Assembly: GCA_046075565.1 (NCBI GenBank)
Contig: JBJTQJ010000058.1
Span: 1 to 14,722 of the forward strand
Direction of reading: 5' to 3'
Origin: Verrucomicrobiales bacterium
Lineage (GTDB): Bacteria > Verrucomicrobiota > Verrucomicrobiia > Verrucomicrobiales > SLCJ01
Length of the DNA stretch: 14,722 bases
Shown here piece by piece: positions 7,271 through 14,722 of the stretch. Under the pieces are notes generated by a model. That model ran no database searches and was not told where the DNA came from. It saw nothing but the letters and a program-made list of their open reading frames with translations. A program made the translations under genes and the position numbers. Position 1 is the stretch's first letter, and each line of letters starts with the position of its first letter.

Positions 7271-7499
7271 GATTGCGGAAGGCAAAACCGCTTGCCATCG
7301 GCGGCAAATTTGCCGGTGTGGTGGCGTATGCTTCCCAAAATGTAATCCTCTTCTTGACTCAGCGGTGACCACCCCGACCTTCCCACTCGCCGGGATAGCT
7401 TCCGATATCGGGCTTTCCTGCTTGTAACCTTTGAGACTTCCCTAATCGCTCTTCTCCAGGAAGAATGAGCCGGTTATCCTTCCAAGAGCTTTTCAACCG

Positions 7500-8984
7500 A
7501 TGCTTGACCCCCGTGTTATCACCAAAACAGTTGCGCCCTTCGTCGGGCTCGTGTTAGCCGTTATCCTCGGTTCGCAGCTCGTCACCGATCGCACCACAGC
7601 GATCTCCTGGCTTGCTTTCGGAGGCCTGGTCGTCTTCTGCATCTACGCCGGGAAGTCGATTTGGTTGCTTTTACCATTCATGGCCAACTTGGAAATCGGC
7701 CTGCGCCTGCCCGGACAACCCGATAGCATGCTCCTTGGCCAGATGATCGTCCTTGGATTCTGCATGATCCTGTTCCTGATGCGGAAATTGCCGCTGGGAT
7801 TTGAAATCAAAGAATCGGAGATCTGGATGCTGGCAATTTCCGTCACCATTGTCCAGGCTTATCTGCGTAATCCAGTTGGGTTGAATATTTTTGGTGGCTC
7901 AACTGTCGGAGGACGACCCTATTTTATTTTTGGATTGACCGTTATCACCGCCCTGCTTCTGGCATCGCTGAGGGTGCCCGTGCGGGAACTCAAGTTGATC
8001 ATTCCACTTTCCATCGCCGGTGGCCTCGGCAACGCGCTTGTCGCCCTTGCCAGCGTGTTCTCACCCACGGTGGCCTACTACACCGGTGCTGCATTCAACC
8101 GGACCGATGAGACCAATTATGAAAATTTCGACCAGGTGGTGGATACCCGGCAGGCCGGTCGCAACTCAGCGTTGAGCAAGTTGGGGCCCAATCTTGCCTT
8201 ATGGGTGTCCATCCATATCTCACCCGTCCGTGCGATTCTAAGGCCGCTCTATGCGATTCTCCTGCTTGCTGCCCTTGTTGCAGCCATGCTTGGCGGGTTC
8301 AGGAGCGGTCTGCTGATTGTCGTACTGACCCTGATGGTTGGAACCTTTTACCGGAATGGCATCGCGGGTGTTTTAGCGATTGGATTTGTCATCGCAATCG
8401 CCACCGTGATTCTTGCCTTTGTCAACTTGGTATCTCCACTTCCTCCAAACGTGCAGAGGGCCCTGACCTTTCTTCCCGGAACCTGGGAACAAAGATACAA
8501 GGACGACGCCGAAGGATCCACCGACTGGCGGGTTGAGATTTGGAAAGAAGCTTTGGGCAGTGAACGATGGATCAGGAATAAAATTCTGGGCGACGGTCTT
8601 GGATTCACTGCTGCTGATTTGAAGAAGGCAGCATTGCTGACAAATTCGTGGTCTGGGAGGGGATGGGATCTCCACCGCGAGCAGGTGCTTATCAATGGGG
8701 ACTACCACAGCGTGATCGTGAGCACCGTCAGAACCTCGGGGTATCTCGGGCTCATCATTTTCTTTGTGGCGAGTATTCGCATTGCTCTCATGGCCCATCG
8801 CTTGATCAGAAAATGGACCAACACGCCTTGGATGCCGGTCACCATGCTCGTGGGCATTCCTTTGATTTACGGACCCTTCTGGATTTTCCTGAGCGCAACC
8901 ACCTTCGTCCAAGCCGCTTCCGGGTTGATCATGGGTGCCGGTATGCTGAGATTGCTGGAGAAAAATCTTCCGGCCGAAACGTAG
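7500..8984 (+). CDS. O-antigen polymerase/ligase (Wzy/WaaL-like) family membrane protein
   Basis: About 10-12 hydrophobic segments, GGFRSG motif, large late loop (STDWRVEIWK...LGDGLGF...DYHS...GYLGL) with the conserved-type Arg/His; immediately upstream of a flippase. Confidence 0.78.
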   Translation: MLDPRVITKTVAPFVGLVLAVILGSQLVTDRTTAISWLAFGGLVVFCIYAGKSIWLLLPFMANLEIGLRLPGQPDSMLLGQMIVLGFCMILFLMRKLPLGFEIKESEIWMLAISVTIVQAYLRNPVGLNIFGGSTVGGRPYFIFGLTVITALLLASLRVPVRELKLIIPLSIAGGLGNALVALASVFSPTVAYYTGAAFNRTDETNYENFDQVVDTRQAGRNSALSKLGPNLALWVSIHISPVRAILRPLYAILLLAALVAAMLGGFRSGLLIVVLTLMVGTFYRNGIAGVLAIGFVIAIATVILAFVNLVSPLPPNVQRALTFLPGTWEQRYKDDAEGSTDWRVEIWKEALGSERWIRNKILGDGLGFTAADLKKAALLTNSWSGRGWDLHREQVLINGDYHSVIVSTVRTSGYLGLIIFFVASIRIALMAHRLIRKWTNTPWMPVTMLVGIPLIYGPFWIFLSATTFVQAASGLIMGAGMLRLLEKNLPAET

Positions 8985-9015
8985 GCATTGAACCCCGGAT
9001 GCCTGGAAGACACAC

Positions 9016-10515
9016 GTGGAAAAGCCCATTGGTTACTGCAGCATGCTCAAGGCCACCTCGACCCTCGCGGGGGCAAAGGTGCTTACCATTCTCATATCCA
9101 TTTTCCGAACCAAGGTGCTGGCCATTCTCCTCGGCCCGTCGGGAATGGGAGCTCTCGGCCTCGTGATGGCTTCCACGGATCTCGCCAGAGTTGCATTTTC
9201 TTTCGGTTTGGACACGGCCACCGCCCGTCGGGTGGCCGAGACATCGGCCACCGGTTCGGCGGATGCGGTTGATCACGCCTACCGAACTTCAGCCCGCACC
9301 GCATTGTTCGCTGGTCTTTTCTCCTCCGTTGTTCTTTGCGCCGCCTCGCCGGTTTTGGCCCAGAGGATGTTGGGGGACGTCGGAAAATTCTGGTGGTTCG
9401 GACTCGGGGCCTTGTCTTTGGTGTTCACGCCTTTGTTGGGTGTGCAACTGGCCTTTCTTCAGGGGCTACGGCAGACCCGCTCGCTGGCCAGTTGCCAAAT
9501 CCTCGCCTCGTTGTGCGGCGCGGTTCTGAACATCACGCTCGTCATTTTTCTCGGAGTGCTCGGGAGCATCCTCGCCCTAGCGCCATTGACCATCACATCC
9601 CTGATCATCCACCATTGGTTCCTAAAGCGCCATCGGCCCGTTCCAAGCGGGGTGCTGGTCCCGGTTCTGCTCAAGGACTCGGCCGGATTGATCAAACTTG
9701 GCTCCGGTTTCGCCATCAATGGCATCTGGCTAGCCGCTTCCGGATGGTTGAATCTCGTTTTTATCGGCTACTACTATGGAAGCCAGGAAAGTGTCCACCA
9801 GATCGGGCTATACGGGGCGGCTTCCACCATGTCGAACCTGTATATTGGAATTCTGGTTTCAGCCATGGCCACAGAGTTTTACCCGGCGCTCGTGCAGGCC
9901 GCGAGCGATCGGAACGCGATTAAACACCTGCTCAATCAACAAACCTTCTTGGCCGTTACCCTTGGGGTCCCGGCGACCATGGGGCTGATGATCATGGCGC
10001 CCTTGGTCCTAGCCCTGCTCTATTCCCCTGATTTCACTCCGGCATCCGATCTGACGAAATGGATGCTTGCTGCCATGGCCGTGCGGTTCGCCTCCTGTCC
10101 GCTTGGCTTCACCATGCTGGCCGTCGGTCGGCCAAGACTCATCGTCGCCAGTGAACTCGCCATGGGTGCGGTCATGATCTCCTCCTCTTATGCGCTGGTT
10201 CAAGTGTTCGGGCTGGTGGGCATCGGGATAGCGATGCTCTCCACCAATCTGCTCTACCTGATTGGTGCGATCTTCGTCACTTATCGTATGGGCATCCATT
10301 GGAACTTCCGGAGCTTCATGGTCCTTGCGGAAACATTCCTTATTCTCGCCCTCTGCCTGGCGGCGTCCCTCTTGTTTCCAGGCTGGAAGGGCCTCGCCTT
10401 TGGGTTGTTTTTGGTTGCCGGCTACAGTTTCCACCTCATTTTCATGATCCGGCGGGATGCCGGTGTCGATCTCTCGGCCATCCTCCGCAAACTTCTGCCC
10501 TGGAAACATGCTTAA
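9016..10515 (+). CDS. wzx: Wzx O-antigen/oligosaccharide flippase (MOP/PST family)
   Basis: 499 aa, highly hydrophobic; KATS...RTKVLAILLGPSGMG, IGLYGAA, AMATEFYPAL, NQQT, LLYSPDF, FGLVGIGIA. Start GTG 9016 or ATG 9043. Confidence 0.88.
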   Translation: MEKPIGYCSMLKATSTLAGAKVLTILISIFRTKVLAILLGPSGMGALGLVMASTDLARVAFSFGLDTATARRVAETSATGSADAVDHAYRTSARTALFAGLFSSVVLCAASPVLAQRMLGDVGKFWWFGLGALSLVFTPLLGVQLAFLQGLRQTRSLASCQILASLCGAVLNITLVIFLGVLGSILALAPLTITSLIIHHWFLKRHRPVPSGVLVPVLLKDSAGLIKLGSGFAINGIWLAASGWLNLVFIGYYYGSQESVHQIGLYGAASTMSNLYIGILVSAMATEFYPALVQAASDRNAIKHLLNQQTFLAVTLGVPATMGLMIMAPLVLALLYSPDFTPASDLTKWMLAAMAVRFASCPLGFTMLAVGRPRLIVASELAMGAVMISSSYALVQVFGLVGIGIAMLSTNLLYLIGAIFVTYRMGIHWNFRSFMVLAETFLILALCLAASLLFPGWKGLAFGLFLVAGYSFHLIFMIRRDAGVDLSAILRKLLPWKHA

Positions 10516-11254
10516 AAGACTCATTCAATCGTTCCTCCTTCGCTTCGGCTACTACCTGAAATCATCCCGCCGTTTTGGCGAGGATCACTGGCAGGACCTT
10601 GTAACACTCGCCGCTTCCCCGAAACCCGGTCGTGATCGGGTAATCTTTGATGTTGGTGCCCACCAGGGCCAGACCCTTGCCGCCGCAGGCCGGTATTTTC
10701 CTGAGGCGGCGATCCACTGTTTCGAGCCGGATCCCTCATCAGTGGAAATTCTTCGCGCCGCCGCCGCCGCCCGCCCCAAGGCGAGGATCCATGCGTTCGC
10801 TCTGGGAGCGGCTCCGGGATCCGCTGATTTCCACCGCAATCGCGAGTCCATGACGAACTCTTTGCTCCCCACCAGTATCGGCGGCTTGAGCGGGGAGTAT
10901 GGAGTATTGTCTGCCACCGACGAGGTGATCCAGGTACCGGTTCGAACCCTCGACGAATTTTGCGAGGAACAGGGTATTGCCTTTATCGACCTTCTCAAAA
11001 CCGACTGCCAAGGCTATGACCTGAAAGTGTTGGAGGGAGGGGAGCGAATGCTCGCGAACCATACCATCGGAGTGATCACCTGCGAGGTAATCTTCGACGA
11101 CGAATACGAGGGCCAAGGGCGATACCATGAGTTGATGGCCTTTCTCGACGCCCGCGGGTATCGGTTCATGGGCTTTCAGAACATGGCACGCAACGCCGCG
11201 CTGGAATGCACCTTCTGCGACGCGGTTTTCCGCCGCCCGCCCTCCGCCTCCTGA
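10508..11254 (+). CDS. FkbM family methyltransferase
   Basis: IFDVGAHQGQ, IHCFEP, VRTLDEF, IDLLKTDCQGYDLKVLEG. ATG 10508 overlaps the end of wzx by 8 nt. Confidence 0.92.
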   Translation: MLKRLIQSFLLRFGYYLKSSRRFGEDHWQDLVTLAASPKPGRDRVIFDVGAHQGQTLAAAGRYFPEAAIHCFEPDPSSVEILRAAAAARPKARIHAFALGAAPGSADFHRNRESMTNSLLPTSIGGLSGEYGVLSATDEVIQVPVRTLDEFCEEQGIAFIDLLKTDCQGYDLKVLEGGERMLANHTIGVITCEVIFDDEYEGQGRYHELMAFLDARGYRFMGFQNMARNAALECTFCDAVFRRPPSAS

Positions 11255-11259
11255 TTTCG

Positions 11260-12450
11260 ATGGCAGAAAACGCGCCCCCGATTCCCCGCATTGTCATCCT
11301 GACCGGTGCCTACGATGATCAATATCTCCGCACCCGCACGGATGATCCTGCGATTTGCATCAGCGCGGGAAAACGGGTGATGCTCTACCGCGCGTTTGCA
11401 GAGGCCACCGGTGCGGAGCTAATCCTCGTCAGCCCCCAGCCCAAAGGGAGGGGCCGACCGCACGCACTGCCTGCTGTAGAATCCCGATTCGATCGCTTTG
11501 CCCAGCGATTCTCGCGCTCCAGCGGCATACGGAAAATCCGTTACTTCGCGGATTTCTGGCACTACGCCCGCCATGTTGCCCGGCACGTCCGCGACGGTGA
11601 TGTTCTAATTTTCGACAACTACGAGTTGATCTACATTCTTGCCCTTCGCTATTGCCGCTTGCTCGGTCGGAAAAATCGTGTTGTCCTCGAATACGAGGAT
11701 GGCAAACATCTCATCGACAAGGGCTTCTACCTGATGATCAGCCGACTCGCCGAATGGCTGGGCCGACCGCTGGTTCAAGCAGCCATCCTCGCCACTCCCA
11801 CCCTCGCGGAACGCTTGCCCCTGGGGACGCCCACCACCAGCGTGCCCGGCATCCTGCGCGATGACCTGGTCTTCCACCCGCTCCCGCGGCAGGGAGAGCC
11901 TGTTCTTTTCCTTTACTCCGGTTCCATCGATTACGAGCGCGGTGGGCCCTTGCTGTTGGAGTATCTCGAAGCGGGCTACTTCCCGCCGAACGCCGTTTTT
12001 CACATCACCGGGCAAGGCCATTTCACCGACCGCCTTGCCGTCCTTGCTTCGAAACATCCGGGAGTGATCCACTTCCACGGCATCGTTTCCCAAGAGGAAC
12101 TCGCGCGGATCCGTTCGATTTGCCATTTCGGCCTGAACCTCCAATCGTCCGCCAATCCGATTTCGCGTGTCACGTATCCATCCAAGACCTTCGATTACCT
12201 CAACGCAGGAATCCGCGTCATCTCCACCCGCGCCGCGGGTGTGCCCGAGGTGTTGGGTGAGGGGGGGATTTATCTTGCCGCGGAGAATTTGCAGGGGCTG
12301 AAAGATGCGATCCAGAACGCGGTGAATCAGCGGGAGAGCGAGAGGGACCAGGTTTGCCAACAAGATGCCCTCAAGCGGCTTACATTCAGAGGAAGCATCA
12401 CCAGACTCCAGAGCCTCTTCGGAAGCTTGACTCCCCATGCCGGGGGATGA
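11260..12450 (+). CDS. GT-B fold glycosyltransferase (GT4-like)
   Basis: FLYSGSIDYERG, FHITGQG, FHGIVSQEEL, YPSKTFDYLNAGIRVIST. ATG 11260 lies 5 nt after the FkbM stop. Confidence 0.85.
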   Translation: MAENAPPIPRIVILTGAYDDQYLRTRTDDPAICISAGKRVMLYRAFAEATGAELILVSPQPKGRGRPHALPAVESRFDRFAQRFSRSSGIRKIRYFADFWHYARHVARHVRDGDVLIFDNYELIYILALRYCRLLGRKNRVVLEYEDGKHLIDKGFYLMISRLAEWLGRPLVQAAILATPTLAERLPLGTPTTSVPGILRDDLVFHPLPRQGEPVLFLYSGSIDYERGGPLLLEYLEAGYFPPNAVFHITGQGHFTDRLAVLASKHPGVIHFHGIVSQEELARIRSICHFGLNLQSSANPISRVTYPSKTFDYLNAGIRVISTRAAGVPEVLGEGGIYLAAENLQGLKDAIQNAVNQRESERDQVCQQDALKRLTFRGSITRLQSLFGSLTPHAGG

Positions 12451-12496
12451 ATGACACCATGCGTCAGGCAGGTCACCTCATTTGAACGTCACGAAT

Positions 12497-13366
12497 ATGC
12501 TTTTGCGAGTCCTCAGAAAAATCAAAAAGGATGGATTGGCTGACACCATCAAGACGACTTGTCGCGTGGTCAATTACCGGCTCTTCCAGCCCGATTGGGA
12601 TTTCAAGCTGGTTCCTTCAATTCTTGAAAGGCTCTCAAAGCAGCAAGAACATGTGGTGATTGTCCAGGTCGGCGCGAATATCGGAAACACTGACAGCGAC
12701 CAAATCTTTTCCTTCCTCGTGAGGAACTTCGGGCCTGAGGCCGTGAGTTCCCAATCAAGCTGCACCGCGATTTTGGTGGAACCCGTTCGACATCTCTATG
12801 AAGGCCTCCTTGTGAATTACAAAGGAGTCAAGGGGGTCGACTGCGAGAACATCGCCATCGCGGAATCCAAGCAGAAGAAGAAGTTCTACAGGCTTCGGGA
12901 GGGAATCGACCTGGCAGCCAACGGTCTTCCACCTTGGGCTGAAGAATTGGGCTCCTTCGAGCGCGAGCAACTCGATTTCTTGTGGAAAGACACGCCGCAA
13001 AATACGAAGCTCCGGGAGTTCGTTGACAGCAATGTTGTCGCCGAAGATGTCCCATGCTTGCCCCTGCGCGAGTTATTTGAGAAGCATGAGTTGAACGCCG
13101 TCGATTTCCTGCAAATTGACACCGAGGGGTATGATTTGGAGGTGCTCAAGACTCTGGACTTCAAGCGAGTCGCGCCCCGATTCATCAACTTCGAGAGAAT
13201 TCACCTCAAGAAGAATGAGGCACGCTGCCGCGAGATGCTAACCCGTCTTGGCTACAAACTTTTCGATCACGGGCAAGATACGCTTTGCGAATTGACCACG
13301 GGACTTTCGGTGACAGTCCGCTTGCGTGAGTATGTCTATCGAAAATGGCTGAACATCGTTTATTGA
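12497..13366 (+). CDS. FkbM family methyltransferase
   Basis: IVQVGANIG, ILVEPV, ENIAIAE, VDFLQIDTEGYDLEVLK, INFERIHL. ATG 12497 (TTG 12482 alternative). Confidence 0.9.
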   Translation: MLLRVLRKIKKDGLADTIKTTCRVVNYRLFQPDWDFKLVPSILERLSKQQEHVVIVQVGANIGNTDSDQIFSFLVRNFGPEAVSSQSSCTAILVEPVRHLYEGLLVNYKGVKGVDCENIAIAESKQKKKFYRLREGIDLAANGLPPWAEELGSFEREQLDFLWKDTPQNTKLREFVDSNVVAEDVPCLPLRELFEKHELNAVDFLQIDTEGYDLEVLKTLDFKRVAPRFINFERIHLKKNEARCREMLTRLGYKLFDHGQDTLCELTTGLSVTVRLREYVYRKWLNIVY

Positions 13367-13407
13367 AGGCTATTTTCGTGCAAGGCTCCGCCCCATCCGA
13401 CCGAACA

Positions 13408-14442
13408 GTGCGCAACAGCAATCGAATCCTGATGATCGCCGATCCCGGCTTGCCGGTTCCGCCCGTCACTTATGGCGGAATCGAGCGGATCGTGGCCATG
13501 CTTGCTGAAGGATTGGCCGGCCACGGATGGGATGTGACACTCGCCTGCCATCCGGAATCCACCTGCGCAGTGGAGAAAATCCCGCTCCGTCACCAGTCGA
13601 TTCGGGCTGGAGACCGCCTGCGCAACGCTCTCTGCATCCTGACTCGGAACCCCTGGCGCTTCGATCTGGTTCACTCCTTCGCCCATTTCGACATGCTGGC
13701 CGCCCTATGGCCGATGTCTTTCCCGAAGATTCAGTCATTCCAGTCCATTCCTCCATGGGAAGCGTTCCAAAAGCGGCTGCGCGTGATTCCCCGCCGGAAT
13801 TTCCACGTCACAGTCTGTGGAAGACACATGGTGCCCCGCTTCAAAGGCATCGCACCTTGCGTGGCCATTCACAACGGCGTCGTTCCAGACTCGTTCGACT
13901 TCATCGAAACGGTGGCTGATGACGCGCCGCTGGTGTTCTTGGGCAGGATCGATCCCGTCAAGGGCACCCATCATGCGATCGAGGTGGCGCACCTGACGGG
14001 ACGCCGACTCGTCATCGCCGGCAACATTTCGGAAACAGCGGAGGCCAAGAGCTATTTTGATCAACAGGTCGCGCCTTTTCTCTCGGAGCGAATCGAATAT
14101 ATCGGCCCGGTCGATGATGTGCGGAAAAACAAGTTGCTGGGCGGGGCTGCGGCGATGTTGATGCCGATCGAGTGGGACGAACCGTTCGGGATCGTCATGG
14201 CGGAGTCGCTGGCATGCGGCACTCCGGTGGTCGGTTTCGCGCGAGGCGCTCTCCCCGAAATCGTGGATCACGGAATCGCCGGATTTCATGCAACGACGGT
14301 TGAGGATCTGGTCGATGGAGTTGGCAAGCTTGGCCAAATCCGGCGGCGGGCCTGCCGTGACGCTGTGGAATCCCGCTTTTCCGCAGAAGGCATCGTTCGC
14401 CAATACTCGGACTTCTATACCTCGCTCCTCGGGCGTTCATGA
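13408..14442 (+). CDS. GT4 family glycosyltransferase
   Basis: ILMIADPGLPVPPVTYGGIERIV, IHNGV, FLGRIDPVKG, EPFGIVMAESLACGTPVV (ExxGxxxxE). Start uncertain: GTG 13408, TTG 13363 (TTGA overlap) or ATG 13345. Confidence 0.92.
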   Translation: MRNSNRILMIADPGLPVPPVTYGGIERIVAMLAEGLAGHGWDVTLACHPESTCAVEKIPLRHQSIRAGDRLRNALCILTRNPWRFDLVHSFAHFDMLAALWPMSFPKIQSFQSIPPWEAFQKRLRVIPRRNFHVTVCGRHMVPRFKGIAPCVAIHNGVVPDSFDFIETVADDAPLVFLGRIDPVKGTHHAIEVAHLTGRRLVIAGNISETAEAKSYFDQQVAPFLSERIEYIGPVDDVRKNKLLGGAAAMLMPIEWDEPFGIVMAESLACGTPVVGFARGALPEIVDHGIAGFHATTVEDLVDGVGKLGQIRRRACRDAVESRFSAEGIVRQYSDFYTSLLGRS

Positions 14443-14722
14443 CAAGCATCCTCAAAAGCCTCAAGCGATCCGTCTTGCAGTCGCTTGCCCGGCGCGACGA
14501 ACGGCGGATTCTCAATGGTAAGGACACGGTGAAACTCGGGGAATTCAGGGCATCCCTCGTCCAGCCGGATTCCTATTATGCCGCCGCACATCGGTTTTTC
14601 CATGGGCAGCTTTGTCCAGAACTCCGCGCCCACCGCGCCTATTTCAGACAGGAGAACCGTGGTTTCGGCGAGGATGCGTTCCACACGATGTGGTGGCTCT
14701 TGCTCCAAAGGCTGCGACCCGC
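14439..14722 (+). CDS. Probable class I SAM-dependent methyltransferase (Methyltransf_24-like), 3'-truncated by window edge
   Basis: Not in the ORF track. ATG 14439 overlaps TGA 14440-14442 and the frame is open to the end: MTSILKSLKR...HRAYFRQENRGFGEDAFHTMWWLLLQRLRP. GFGEDAFH..W...RP resembles the lead-in to a SAM motif I, which would lie outside the window. Confidence 0.6.
   Translation, partial: MTSILKSLKRSVLQSLARRDERRILNGKDTVKLGEFRASLVQPDSYYAAAHRFFHGQLCPELRAHRAYFRQENRGFGEDAFHTMWWLLLQRLRP

Noticed and set aside
7373-7383. CCCGACCTTCC, identical to 1428-1438 of the repeat array
   Set aside because: A single 11-bp match without periodicity; plausible by chance.
10757-10771. (GCC)5 trinucleotide run
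   Set aside because: In-frame poly-Ala in a GC-rich gene; slippage would not shift the frame.
11605-12438. 277-aa antisense ORF (likewise 5581-6255, 8373-9029, 13735-14403 and other minus-strand ORFs)
   Set aside because: Shadow ORFs opposite well-supported + strand genes, with no recognisable motifs.
12451-12496. Three GTCA words in a short gap, resembling the left repeat arm
   Set aside because: Irregular spacing, and no partner arm or passenger gene.

Overview
All genes lie on the + strand and form part of a cell-surface polysaccharide/glycosylation locus. The gene style and pyrimidine-rich leaders without Shine-Dalgarno motifs suggest a Verrucomicrobiota-like bacterium (inference). Order: 3' end of a WecB/TagA/CpsF (GT26) glycosyltransferase; DPM-synthase-like GT2; four-helix-bundle (23S-IVS/Avd-like) gene; SAM methyltransferase; hypothetical gene plus putative nucleotidyltransferase; SAM methyltransferase; GT-C-like membrane protein; GT2 with C-terminal TM helices; Wzy/WaaL-like protein; Wzx flippase; FkbM methyltransferase; GT4; FkbM methyltransferase; GT4; 5' part of a probable fifth methyltransferase. 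The most interesting signals are two non-glycan 'passenger' modules, each bracketed by inverted sequence. (1) The four-helix-bundle gene lies between oppositely oriented GTC/GAC 7-8-bp tandem arrays that abut the upstream stop and the downstream start codon. (2) A coupled hypothetical + nucleotidyltransferase pair (type IV toxin-antitoxin/AbiE-like layout) is bounded by a 17-bp imperfect inverted repeat. All family calls are from motif recognition by eye, not database searches.
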